Position numbers and translations under genes: made by a program. Of a stretch of 64,000 nucleotides of DNA, positions 22,298-32,114 are shown one piece after another. Within the stretch, counting starts at the first letter, position 1; every line of letters starts with the position of its first letter. The notes beneath the pieces are model-generated. The model saw only the letters and a program-made list of their open reading frames with translations, did no database searches and was not told the origin of the DNA. This DNA is from an uncultured delta proteobacterium (lineage in GTDB: Bacteria > Desulfobacterota > WTBG01 > CAIYCZ01): NCBI GenBank assembly GCA_963803975.1, contig CAWDOY010000015.1, forward strand, positions 1 to 64,000, read 5' to 3'.

Positions 22298-22993
22298 TTG
22301 GAAAAAACGGCTGACATACTGGTAATAGCGCCGCATCCGGATGATGCTGAATTCGGCGCAGCAGGGACCATTGCCCGCTGGACAAAGGAAGGCAAAAAAG
22401 CAGTTTATGTGGTCTGCTCAAGCGGCGAAAAAGGCACCAGTGACCGCAGCCAGCAGCCTGAGCAGCTCGCGGCTATAAGGGAAAAGGAGCAGATTGCTGC
22501 AGCGCAAACCGTGGGAGTTAGTGAAGTCCTGTTCCTGCGCTATCCTGACCAGGGGCTGGAAGACACCCCGTCATTCCGCAAAGAGATCGTCCGGCTGATC
22601 CGCACCTATCGGCCCGCAACGGTCGTTACCGCCGATCCCTATCGCCGCTACATCTGGCACCGCGACCACCGCATTACCGGCCAGGTGGTGCTTGATGCGG
22701 TCTTTCCCCTGGCCCGGGACCACCTCGCGTACCCGGACCTGCTTGCTGAAGGCTTCGAGCCGCACAAGGTGCAGGAGGTGCTGTGCTGGGCTTCTGAAGA
22801 TATAAATTACCGCTCTGATATCACGCACACCTTTGAACTGAAGCTCGCTGCGCTGCGCTGCCATGAGAGTCAGGTTAAAGAGTTCCATGTTCCCGACCTT
22901 GCGGAACGGCTGCGGCAGCGGTGCATGGAAATGGCCAAAGGTGAGAATTTCGGGCTGGCAGAAGCATTTCATCAGGTAAAGATAGCTATGTAG
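22298..22993 (+). CDS. PIG-L family (MshB/BshB-like) N-deacetylase
   Basis: APHPDDAEF, HRDH and CHESQ motifs. Confidence 0.9.
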   Translation: MEKTADILVIAPHPDDAEFGAAGTIARWTKEGKKAVYVVCSSGEKGTSDRSQQPEQLAAIREKEQIAAAQTVGVSEVLFLRYPDQGLEDTPSFRKEIVRLIRTYRPATVVTADPYRRYIWHRDHRITGQVVLDAVFPLARDHLAYPDLLAEGFEPHKVQEVLCWASEDINYRSDITHTFELKLAALRCHESQVKEFHVPDLAERLRQRCMEMAKGENFGLAEAFHQVKIAM

Positions 22994-23053
22994 CCATATG
23001 GTTCCGCATTCAATAATTTTTCCTAAAAATATCAAAAATAGTAAAAAATGTAG

Positions 23054-23082
23054 TTGACATTTGAGTTAATTAACCATATAAT
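23054..23082 (+). promoter_or_regulatory. Perfect consensus sigma70 promoter
   Basis: TTGACA (23054-23059), 17-nt spacer, TATAAT (23077-23082). Confidence 0.8.
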
Positions 23083-23201
23083 TGAATCAAATATAGTATT
23101 AATCATTTATGCGCTTATAAGATACCGGCAAATAAAAGTGTCGTATATTAATAAGCACAGTAAGGGGAACCACCAGATAGTTTTAGAGGAGGAGTCCGCG
23201 T

Positions 23202-23315
23202 ATGAAAAAAGAGTATGAAGCACCACAGGTAGTAACCTATTCGGAAGATGAAATCGTGGAGATGCTGGGACCGGCACAGACATGTTCACCAAGCCCGTGC
23301 CCGACCTATCAATAA
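23202..23315 (+). CDS. Unannotated 37-aa peptide, RiPP-precursor-like: MKKEYEAPQVVTYSEDEIVEMLGPAQTCSPSPCPTYQ
   Basis: GAGGAGGAG RBS just upstream of the ATG, consensus promoter upstream, terminator downstream; below the ORF-track size cutoff. Confidence 0.75.
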   Translation: MKKEYEAPQVVTYSEDEIVEMLGPAQTCSPSPCPTYQ

Positions 23316-23342
23316 GCAGCTCTCCGGAAAAAACAATTAAGT

Positions 23343-23376
23343 AAAAAAAGCGGTGTCAGCAATGACGCCGCTTTTT
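23343..23376. terminator. Bidirectional intrinsic terminator
   Basis: AAAAAAA-GCGGTGTCA-gcaa-TGACGCCGC-TTTTT. Confidence 0.8.
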
Positions 23377-23521
23377 GCTTATCGAAAACACTGATGACAG
23401 TTGCACTATCAGGCGCGCCTCCTCTTCAATAGTCTTTCCCGTGGCGCCCGCCATATATTACCGCCCTCCCTGAAAAAGCGTTGCCTGGTTCATACAGCAT
23501 CATTGCCGGGTTGCAGGGAGG

Positions 23522-24019
23522 TTATTTTCTCTTTACCATAAGCTCGATATCTTCCAGCAGCGCCTGCAGATCTTCCTCGTGTTCCACTTCCTGCTGCAGG
23601 ATAGTCAAAGCCATGTTGTAGGTAACCATATCTTTATCGCGGGTCTTTTTCATGATTTCATTATAAAACCCGATCGCACACTGCTCGCCCTTTATGTTCT
23701 GTTTAAGAATTGTTTTGACATATTCGTCATCAGGCGGTTCATAGCCGCAGCCGGACCACTTGTACCATAATTTTGGCTCGGTAACGGGCTTCCCGCCAAG
23801 CTGTATGATACGGTTTGCCACGAGATTGGCATGGGCAAGCTCTTCAGTAGAGTGCAGAAGGAGCTCTGCTGCCACAGCATCCTTCATGGGCCCTTTTACC
23901 AGCTTCGCGCCAAGCCAGTACTGATAATAGGCAAACCATTCATCTGCAAATGCCTTGTTGAGCATTTCAAGCAGCTTGTTAACATCCATGCCGACAATCG
24001 CTCTTCCCCTGGTACCCAT
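23522..24019 (-). CDS. Ferritin-like (DPSL/bacterioferritin-related) di-iron protein
   Basis: ADEWFAYYQYW, EELAHA, GEQCAI and EVEHEEDL; AAGGAG RBS before MGTRG. Confidence 0.85.
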   Translation of the reverse strand: MGTRGRAIVGMDVNKLLEMLNKAFADEWFAYYQYWLGAKLVKGPMKDAVAAELLLHSTEELAHANLVANRIIQLGGKPVTEPKLWYKWSGCGYEPPDDEYVKTILKQNIKGEQCAIGFYNEIMKKTRDKDMVTYNMALTILQQEVEHEEDLQALLEDIELMVKRK

Positions 24020-24121
24020 AAGTTCTCCTTTCGCGTTGTTACAGTGTGAGGTATAAGTTTTTAACATGGTTGGTAGCAACAACCTTCAGGTTGCGCCTAC
24101 CAATGTTTATATAGGTATATC

Positions 24122-24568
24122 CTAACCAGTTGTGCCTATGCGTTTCAATTCTGCTTTATGCAGGACAATTTTTGCCTCCGCGAGCTTTTTGTATTTAGCT
24201 CTTATTTTGGTTACATTCCCTGCGGCAACCGCTTTGAGCACATCGCCTTCAAGCTCTGCAACTTCAAGCAGCTTATAATAATCGAGTGATTCTTTCATGT
24301 GCGCCAGCACGATTTTCCCGGTCACCAGAGGATGATTGTTGGTGATATTTGCATCACTGAAGCGCGTTCCGTGCTCCAGTTCCACGTCAAGCCCGGCGCG
24401 AAACTCTTCAACATCAATGGGCATCTTTTCCGTATTGACGGCTTTTAGAATTTTCTGTGCCTCTTTTGTTGTGGCTTTCGGGTCTTTCAGCTTTGTCCAG
24501 TCCCTGATGCCAATCTCTTTACAGATTTTTCTTACCTCTTCACTGGTGATGTATGGAGGAAGTTTCAT
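24122..24568 (-). CDS. Conserved hypothetical protein (DUF5661-like)
   Basis: GLDVELEHG...KIVLAHMKESLDYY motif. Confidence 0.55.
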   Translation of the reverse strand: MKLPPYITSEEVRKICKEIGIRDWTKLKDPKATTKEAQKILKAVNTEKMPIDVEEFRAGLDVELEHGTRFSDANITNNHPLVTGKIVLAHMKESLDYYKLLEVAELEGDVLKAVAAGNVTKIRAKYKKLAEAKIVLHKAELKRIGTTG

Positions 24569-24662
24569 TGCTCGCTCCTTTCTGTCAATCCATAATACTG
24601 TTATATCTCAGACAGCTGATAATTTTTTAACATATCTGTCATCTCTCTTCAACAGTAGTCAG

Positions 24663-25490
24663 TCATGTATCCTCAAACCGTTCAAGCACGTCACTGGGGG
24701 CGTATTCTTTCATAAGCTGCACAAACCGCTCATGCGTGACAATGTCGCTTCCTTCTTTTGTAACGAGATCTTCCACCATCTCAGCAACCATCTGCTGCAC
24801 AAACGAAGGGATCTCTGTGAGCATTTGGAGGGCATCGTCTTCCCAGTGGAGCTTTATTTTTATTGCTTCTTCCCCTTCCTTGGGCGGCGGCTGGTGTTCG
24901 AGCATCTCGGCTGATTTAACGGTGCTGTAATAAAAGTATTTTCTCTTCTCATCCCCCAGGTAAACCGGAAGATTCAACTGCGAAATCCGCTCCCCCCGGT
25001 TCATTGATACTAATTCCTCGTCAACCACAATGGCAGCAATGTCACCGATAACCTTGGCCTGGGTCGGGCCGATCTCAAAGTTTTTATGGAGCGTGCACTC
25101 TATGTGCTGTTTGCATTCCTTAAGGCTGGGCGGAGATACCTTCTGAGAAGCAATTGAAGTAAATTTCGTATGGCTCAGTTCGCTTATTCCTTCACGATAG
25201 AACCGGCTGGTCTCCATGACATCATCGAGGAACTCTGCTGAAGGGAAGTTGACTACAAATTCCCGGGTAGCAACAATATTTTTATAGGTATGGGAGAATT
25301 TGCGCATGCCCACCAGCACCTGGGGGTGGTTATGCATGATATCATACGGCACAAACAAAGAGTAGGGAGCAGCATTGACAATTCCCTGCTTATTAACCGT
25401 CGTGATGATAGTGACGACCTTTGGAATTACCAGGATATCGGAATACCAGAACGGCTTTATGGGGATAGTTTTTTTTGCCATGGTTTTCAC
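24663..25490 (-). CDS. Flavin reductase-like (DIM6/NTAB) protein with a C-terminal PCP_red-like helical domain
   Basis: VNAAPYS, TYKNIVATREFVVN and SQKVSPP motifs; tail WEDDA...IPSFVQ. Confidence 0.75.
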   Translation of the reverse strand: MKTMAKKTIPIKPFWYSDILVIPKVVTIITTVNKQGIVNAAPYSLFVPYDIMHNHPQVLVGMRKFSHTYKNIVATREFVVNFPSAEFLDDVMETSRFYREGISELSHTKFTSIASQKVSPPSLKECKQHIECTLHKNFEIGPTQAKVIGDIAAIVVDEELVSMNRGERISQLNLPVYLGDEKRKYFYYSTVKSAEMLEHQPPPKEGEEAIKIKLHWEDDALQMLTEIPSFVQQMVAEMVEDLVTKEGSDIVTHERFVQLMKEYAPSDVLERFEDT

Positions 25491-25564
25491 TTATTCATAG
25501 TAACCAGAAAAGACGGTCAATAGAACGGCGCGTCGGTCCTTAATAATCTACAGTGTTCAGAATA

Positions 25565-25601
25565 AAGGCCCCTGGAATATTAAGAACATACCCAGGGGCC
25601 T
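25565..25601 (-). terminator. Intrinsic terminator after the fasciclin gene
   Basis: AGGCCCCTGG...CCAGGGGCCT stem followed by T's on the minus strand. Confidence 0.55.
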
Positions 25602-25642
25602 ACAGGTTAACGTCTTTTAAATCCTTTGCAGATTTTCTATGC

Positions 25643-26149
25643 TTACTTTTTAGCCGGTGGCATAAGCACTGTATCAATGACATGAATTACACCGTTGGTT
25701 GCCATGACATCTGTCTTCACCACCTGTGCATTGTTAATCATGACCTTTCCGTCCATCGTTTTGATTTTGATAAACGAGCCCTGCACGGTCTTTGCCCTTT
25801 TTTGTTTAACCACATCCGCTGCCATCATTTCTTTAGGAACAACATGGTAGGTAAGGATGGAAACGAGTTTTGCTTTATTTTCCGGTTTGAGTAAATCTTC
25901 AAGAGTGCCAGCCGGTAATTTTGCAAAGGCATCGTCAGTAGGCGCAAAGACGGTAAACGGACCTTTGCCTTTTAAGGTATCTACGAGACCGCCTGCCTGC
26001 AGTGCTTTTGCAAGAGTGTTAAATGAGCCAGCGGCAACTGCCGTATCAACAATATCTTTCTTGTCAGATGTTTCTGCCCAACCCTGTACTGCAAAAACCA
26101 GTAGCGCAATTAATGAGATAACAGTTAATCCCGTGTGTAACTTTTTCAT
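25643..26149 (-). CDS. Fasciclin (FAS1) domain secreted protein
   Basis: [20 protein letters not shown] and [11 protein letters not shown] motifs. Confidence 0.95.
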   Translation of the reverse strand: MKKLHTGLTVISLIALLVFAVQGWAETSDKKDIVDTAVAAGSFNTLAKALQAGGLVDTLKGKGPFTVFAPTDDAFAKLPAGTLEDLLKPENKAKLVSILTYHVVPKEMMAADVVKQKRAKTVQGSFIKIKTMDGKVMINNAQVVKTDVMATNGVIHVIDTVLMPPAKK

Positions 26150-26524
26150 GCTGATTACTCCTTTTAAAATGTTTTTTTATACAGTGCACCTTTTAGCCTC
26201 TCTGGTACTTCTACAAAAACCTGCTGATACTATACTGTATCTTTCCTCTCCTTTCTTTTTCAATATTCACGTTTTTTAACTATGCTATTTATTACAGCGT
26301 AGCATTTGCAATCAAAGAATGCCAATTTATTAAACGAAAACTAATCTTAAGTTACCAAAAGTGTCACATCCTGCCCTTATCCTTACGCTGCAGGAGGAGT
26401 GATAAATCGATAAAAACCATCTGCCAGAGCACTGAGTTGATAATAAACGTCATAAAAATCGACTTAGAATAGTGAGGGCAAATGCAAGAGACAGATTTTC
26501 CATACTTTGTGCATGGACTCAAGG

Positions 26525-27097
26525 TTACAAGTACTGTTTGATATCCTCCTCAATATCTTTGGGAACGGTCTGCGGTGGATAGCGCTTTACCACCGCGCCC
26601 TTCCGGTCAACAAGAAACTTGGTAAAGTTCCATTTTATAGAATCAGTTATAAATCCCCCCTTTGCTGACGTGAGATATTTATAGAGCGGATGCGCGTTGT
26701 CGCCATTCACATCGATTTTGTCAAACATCGGGAAGGTGACCCCGTAATTTATACTGCAAAAGTGTTTTATCTCATCATTTGTCCCGGGTTCCTGGCTGAG
26801 AAACTGATTGCAGGGAAAACCCAGCACCACAAAGCCCCGGTTCTTGTATTTATCATACAGCTCCTGCAGCCCCTTGTACTGCGGGGTAAAGCCGCATTTG
26901 CTGGCCACATTTACAATAAGCACAACGTTACCCTTGTATTGCGCCAGCGATTGTTCCTGTCCATCAATTGTTTTTACTGAAAAATCATAAATGGTTTTTT
27001 GTGCAGCAGCTTCTTTTGCCTTTAAACCACCCGCACCCATTGATAAAGCAAAAAGCAGCACTAAACCAATATATGATGTCAAAGGGATGATTTTCAT
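26525..27097 (-). CDS. Glutathione peroxidase family protein (Cys-type, with signal peptide)
   Basis: NVASKCGFTPQY, GFPCNQF and IKWNFTKFLV motifs. Confidence 0.95.
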   Translation of the reverse strand: MKIIPLTSYIGLVLLFALSMGAGGLKAKEAAAQKTIYDFSVKTIDGQEQSLAQYKGNVVLIVNVASKCGFTPQYKGLQELYDKYKNRGFVVLGFPCNQFLSQEPGTNDEIKHFCSINYGVTFPMFDKIDVNGDNAHPLYKYLTSAKGGFITDSIKWNFTKFLVDRKGAVVKRYPPQTVPKDIEEDIKQYL

Positions 27098-27216
27098 GGT
27101 TACCTCCCGATATGAATTGTTTGCCTTGCAGATTGGTTTATCTGCGTTAAACATAACATCTATCACACATCTCAATTATATGTGCTTTAACAAATTCATG
27201 CTGCAGAAATATGTTT

Positions 27217-28776
27217 TTACCATTCGTAGCGCACGCGCAGGATAATGCTGTCCTTATCACGATAGGGGTGGCGTGCCCAGCGCGAGTTGTCACCGAACAG
27301 CGCAGCGCCGGTTTCCGCTCTCCAGTGGTTGCCCGGCGCGTAGCTGAGCATGGGCAGCAGGAAATACATACCGTTGGGATTGTAGGTGCCGGCAAAAATA
27401 AACATCCAGGTATCATGCTGGATGGGCTGTACAAAATTCCAAATAATCATGGCTGCATAGCTGTCACCGATGCGGTGGCCGCGTGAGAAATCAACAACAA
27501 GGTCCCGGCCATAACCGAATATTTTTTCATAATACAGCGTAATGCTTGCCTCAAGCTTCTTGTCATTACACCAGCGGTGAGTCACATAGGGGAGAGAGAA
27601 CTTGTCTGCATAATTGAGCCCTGCCCCGCACGAATCCCGTTTTACTTCATCATAGGCAGGCGCTCCCACCTGGCCATCTTGTGCCTTATTATAATGCTGC
27701 CCTATTTCATAAAACCATTCAAGACGCCATACTGATCCCCAGAGCCTTTCAGCAACCGTCTGCGCAGTGCCTCCGACAACCTGATAGCGTTTATAGCGGT
27801 ATACATCATACGAAGGGAATTGAGGAGTGCTGGGCGAGCCGGTCAATATTGAGGGCAAGGCCCCTCGCACATACGCAAGGCTGAACTGCAGAGAGCGGTC
27901 AGGATTTTGCGTTGCAATGTCGCTCAGTGTGTTGAAATAGAAAACGGTCCAGTCAATATCCAGAGTATAGCCGCGCAGCCTCAGGCCGAATTCATAATTT
28001 TTATGCAAATTCCATTTCGGTGCATCCCTGTTCATTTTTTCAAGTACCCAGTGGCTGTAGCCGAAGACATTCCCGGGACTGGGGGAGGTTTCCGCCGGGC
28101 TCGCGCCCCAGTGCGTGCCCTCGTAGGGAAGGCGCATATACTGAAAGTCACCGGGCACAAACAGCCCCTCAATCAGCAGGTCGCCGGGAAGCCCGGTGTT
28201 ATAGAATCCGCGGATCATCCAGAGACCGAGTTTTATCTCATCCCAGGTATCAATCCCCGGCAGCGAGTACCTGAGGTCCAGGGGATTTACAACGTCAGCA
28301 GTGCGCACAATGTCAGTCTCCCCCCAGACCACAATCTGTTTACCGATCAGTGTCCGCAAGGAGCCGCTGCTGATATCCAGATACGCTTCCTTGATGTATT
28401 CGGCATCCTGCGGATGTGCATAGGCACTGCGCACCTGTGAGGGGATGCCATGCCTGAGTTCTGCATCAAATACCGGTGCCTTTTCGTACCAGTACCTGAA
28501 TCCGGTAAATAAATTAACGGTCAGGTCATACCGGTCAGTTATGCGGCAGAGTCCCTCCACCAGAAAGCTGCTGAGAGACATATCCATGTTTGATTTGTGA
28601 AACTGCTGCTCCTGGCGGGGTATTTGGGTGCGGATTAAATAATATTCCCGTGCGTAGCCGGACAGCTCAAGCGCACCATCAAAAAGCAGAATCCGGCACG
28701 ACGCGGAATCAGCCGCACACAATAAATACAGGAAGGCTATCAGCACGATAACCGCCATAGTGCTTTTGTGCTTCAT
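27217..28776 (-). CDS. DUF1302-like outer-membrane beta-barrel protein
   Basis: GKQIVVWGETD..DVVNPLDL, C-terminal RVRYEW, adjacent to a DUF1329-like gene. Confidence 0.65.
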   Translation of the reverse strand: MKHKSTMAVIVLIAFLYLLCAADSASCRILLFDGALELSGYAREYYLIRTQIPRQEQQFHKSNMDMSLSSFLVEGLCRITDRYDLTVNLFTGFRYWYEKAPVFDAELRHGIPSQVRSAYAHPQDAEYIKEAYLDISSGSLRTLIGKQIVVWGETDIVRTADVVNPLDLRYSLPGIDTWDEIKLGLWMIRGFYNTGLPGDLLIEGLFVPGDFQYMRLPYEGTHWGASPAETSPSPGNVFGYSHWVLEKMNRDAPKWNLHKNYEFGLRLRGYTLDIDWTVFYFNTLSDIATQNPDRSLQFSLAYVRGALPSILTGSPSTPQFPSYDVYRYKRYQVVGGTAQTVAERLWGSVWRLEWFYEIGQHYNKAQDGQVGAPAYDEVKRDSCGAGLNYADKFSLPYVTHRWCNDKKLEASITLYYEKIFGYGRDLVVDFSRGHRIGDSYAAMIIWNFVQPIQHDTWMFIFAGTYNPNGMYFLLPMLSYAPGNHWRAETGAALFGDNSRWARHPYRDKDSIILRVRYEW

Positions 28777-28793
28777 CAGTTCTGCCCGACGGT

Positions 28794-30067
28794 TCAGTAG
28801 CCGCCCTTCTGCAAATTATAAAGGGTAAACATGTTCTGGGGTATGTCTATCCCGACTTCTATCCGGGAATTTTTCCAGGTGCCTGCGTGCCTGCGCTGCA
28901 GATCAACAAAGTGCGTGCCCACGATGAAATTTTTAGTCTCCCCGTTTTTTGTTTTAATATCACAGGTCAGATTCTCAAAGCATTTCCACAGGCGCATCTG
29001 TTTGTCATATAGTTCTGTCCACGATACCAGGTAGGTCTCCGGGTCCACATACCAGATTCTCTTGCTGTATATATAATTCGGGTCTTTGCTCACTACCTCA
29101 ACAACCAGCGTTTTGGCTCGCTCGCGGGACAGATTATTCAGCAGGGTCTGACCCGGCTGCCGCTCAGTTTGCGCTATGTCGAGATGACGGGCGCAGAGCA
29201 GCTCTTTATATCCCTTCCAGGAGTAGGTGTTTCTGAGTATCTGACCGTCCCAGAAGTACTCGTCATCGTAGATAAGGTCCGTGCCGTCGATGGAATCGGT
29301 CCGCTCAGTGTTTGAAATGCGCTGAATTCTGCGAAAAGCGCTGAACCACAAATAGGCATTGTCACTTTTATCAAAATCAATATAGCGGAGGTTGAACATC
29401 CGGGTGTTCTTGTAGTCAGGAGGCGAATACATGTGATAGAAGGTTGAGCGGGAAATCCCTTTAGGGTTCTGCCCAAAGGCAGGTCGCGGGTCCACATCAA
29501 CCCGGTGAATCCAGAACAGCTCCCATGCATCCTGGTCACCGACCCGCTCGTTTCTGTCAGCCGGCACTATATTATAGCCGGTCCTGTTATAGAAACAGCC
29601 GTCACCGTGCGTGTTAAAGTCAAAATTCCAGGCAATTTCAAGCCCGGTCTTCGGCTGCGGGAACGGCCGGCCGGCAATCCCGGCATAACGCGCTATGTCA
29701 CCTTTTTCATCAAGCGTAACGGACGGGGCGTATAGCTTTGTCGCTGCCGCCATCCCCGCTGTTTCCGCTGCCCGCTGATAGGGAACGATATAAAAATAAA
29801 ATCCCGCAGGGGCGCGCCCCATGTTTCCGGGTTTTTATAGATAGCGACGTATGATTCAGGGAGAAACGCGGCAACCTGGTCAACAGTGGTTTTATTAATC
29901 TTTTTTCCTGCCCATGTCTGCTCCCACTGCCTGACCTGCTGTAATTCTTCAGGAGAGTAACAGGATGTGAATACCTCCAGTGAAGCCCCCGGTGCGATCA
30001 CGTAACAGGAAGCAACACAAAGAAACAGGTGCCACTACAGCAATATGTTTGAGCGCCGGTATATGCA
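28794..30067 (-). CDS. DUF1329-like periplasmic protein (frameshifted; start approximate)
   Basis: PFPQPKTGLEIAWNF and YIYSKRIWYVDPET; ORFs 29693-30001 and 28794-29822. Confidence 0.7.
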
Positions 30068-30095
30068 AATTAGAGGTACCCTCTTAAAAGAGCAA

Positions 30096-31156
30096 TTACT
30101 GCTGGTTCCAGCCAAGCCACTGCTTGCCGCCAAACTCGACACCGGCCAGGTCTGAGCTGGTGTCAACGACAAGCCGCCACCGCAGCAGCACCTTCTCATA
30201 GAGCCGGACGCGAATGCTGCCGTTGACACTTTCCCATGTCCATGGCTTTATGCCGCCTATGGTCGGATTCATCAGATTCATTAACTGTTCAGTGTCACAG
30301 CTTCCATCGATCATAATCTTGTGCCTTCCCTTTCGCCCTTCGAGGTGCCACGCCCCCGGCTCAATATCTGCCGTGATTCTGGCAGGCTGTTGGGGAAAGC
30401 TGAACGTGTACAGTTTTTCTTTATAGCGAAAGCCGATGCCGCAGGCATTAAACAGATAGCTGGCCCTATCGGCATTGATGCTCCGCCGACTGAGATGCAG
30501 CAGGCATCAGGACTGTCAAAATTATTTGCCTGCAGCCAGTACCAGGTCTCAGGGAACTCATCTCCCCAGTTCTTCTCCTGGTAGCCGAGAATATTCTCAA
30601 ACTCATAGTACTCATTATTCCACTGAATCCAGCCTGTTGCCCTCGCTTTCATGGCACCCACATACCAGTAGGTCTGGAGATTCGGCAGGTTTTCCATCCA
30701 GCCCATGGTGTTGGTCCATGTTTCGGTTACCTGCAGGTCAAACGACCAGGAGCACTGATTTGTGGCATCAGCGACGCTGCCCTCAGCATGCAGCTTCTGA
30801 GCATCACCGGATGCGCGGTTATCAGAACCAACCCCGATGTCAAATCGGTCATAGCTGGCGCTGAATGTTTCCACGCCAAAATTCCTGGTAAATTAATGCC
30901 GCTGTGCCGGGACTGTTATTGCCTGCCATCATAAAGGCCGTGCTGTCCGGGGTCTTCCCGTCAGGGTTGTATACCGCGTAGATAAAGAGAAAGGATTTTT
31001 TTGTTGCCGGGTCAGAGACCTTGAAATACCATCCCTCGAAATAAGTTGACTGGCTGTTCCAGTGATAGGCGTTTGCGTCAGCCCTTCAAGACTATTCGCA
31101 AGAGCGAACAGAAGAAACAGCACATACGGTAATATAAATAATCTAACCTTCATCAT
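30096..31156 (-). CDS. Tocopherol-cyclase-like protein (frameshifted)
   Basis: YFEGWYFK-like segment, GYQEKNWGDEFPETWYWLQAN and EFGG near the C-terminus. Confidence 0.65.
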
Positions 31157-31479
31157 GCGCATCCTGTAAATATTTAGTTCATAGATCAATAAGCTCGTAT
31201 CTTGATACTTCAAGTCACATAGTATAATAATGGTTACCATGTCAAGGCATAATACAGTCAATGGACGCAGACATAATAGATAATATCTGTGCTCAGCAAA
31301 GATTGACCTTTGAAAGTATGCCAGCGTTTTAAAAAACTTGTTGCATCCAGTCAGCGATATTATGCTATGCTATCAATATAAGTTAGGTGAACCTTCTTTA
31401 CAAAAGTCGTTTTATGTTCTAAATTAAGTAGTAATAAGACAATTTAAGTTTAATTAATGTTCACAGGGAGGAGAAGACT

Positions 31480-32037
31480 ATGGACTACAAGAGCTATTTT
31501 AACGGCGCAAGCGGCAAAGGGTATCTGGCCACGTCAAACAAAAAGGGGGAAGTCAATATTGCGTTTTATTCCCGCCCGCATGTTCTTGATGACGGGACGT
31601 TTGTGTTCGGCATGACCGACCGGCTTACCCACGCAAATCTTTCCGACAACCCCCATGCCGTGTATGCGTTCAATGAAAGCGGGTTCAGCGGCAAACGGTT
31701 TTATCTCGATAAAGTCAAGGAGGCAACCGAGGGGCCGATACTCACCGAGATCAGGGAAGCAACAAACCGGTGTGTGTTTCCCGGAGCCGGTGCCCTGGTA
31801 AAATACGTGGTCTATTTCAAGGTTACCAAAGATCTGCCGCTGGTGTGTGAAAAATGCAGCGGCGACCATTCGCAGCACATCTGTGAACTGGCGGGCCAGG
31901 GAAAATTCGATGAGATAAAAAAGCTGGCTAAAGCGCCGGATTTTATGTGTTTGAACTGCGGCAGGCTGGCGGATAAAAAGGAAAACCTCTGCAACCCGCT
32001 TTCATTAGACGATGTTCCCTTCGGCATGGTAGGCTAA
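31480..32037 (+). CDS. Pyridoxamine 5'-phosphate oxidase-like protein with a C-terminal Cys/His metal-binding domain
   Basis: YSRPHV...MTDRLTHANL..NPHA; tail CEKC..H..HIC...CLNCGR....LCNP. Confidence 0.7.
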   Translation: MDYKSYFNGASGKGYLATSNKKGEVNIAFYSRPHVLDDGTFVFGMTDRLTHANLSDNPHAVYAFNESGFSGKRFYLDKVKEATEGPILTEIREATNRCVFPGAGALVKYVVYFKVTKDLPLVCEKCSGDHSQHICELAGQGKFDEIKKLAKAPDFMCLNCGRLADKKENLCNPLSLDDVPFGMVG

Positions 32038-32114
32038 ATGGTTAACAGGCAGAGCCTGTGAGCTTATTAATAAAAGTACCCTTAATAATAAACTTTATTT
32101 AAAAAGGAGAAGCC

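Noticed and set aside
23202..23376. Small ORF as an attenuator leader or type I toxin
   Set aside because: No same-strand gene follows (the next gene is convergent), and the peptide is acidic and non-hydrophobic.
26303..26326. Sigma54 promoter upstream of the fasciclin gene (TGGCA...TTGCA)
   Set aside because: The GG-to-GC spacing is 12 nt rather than the required 10.
26525..27097. Selenocysteine in the glutathione peroxidase
   Set aside because: The active-site codon is TGC (Cys) and there is no in-frame TGA.
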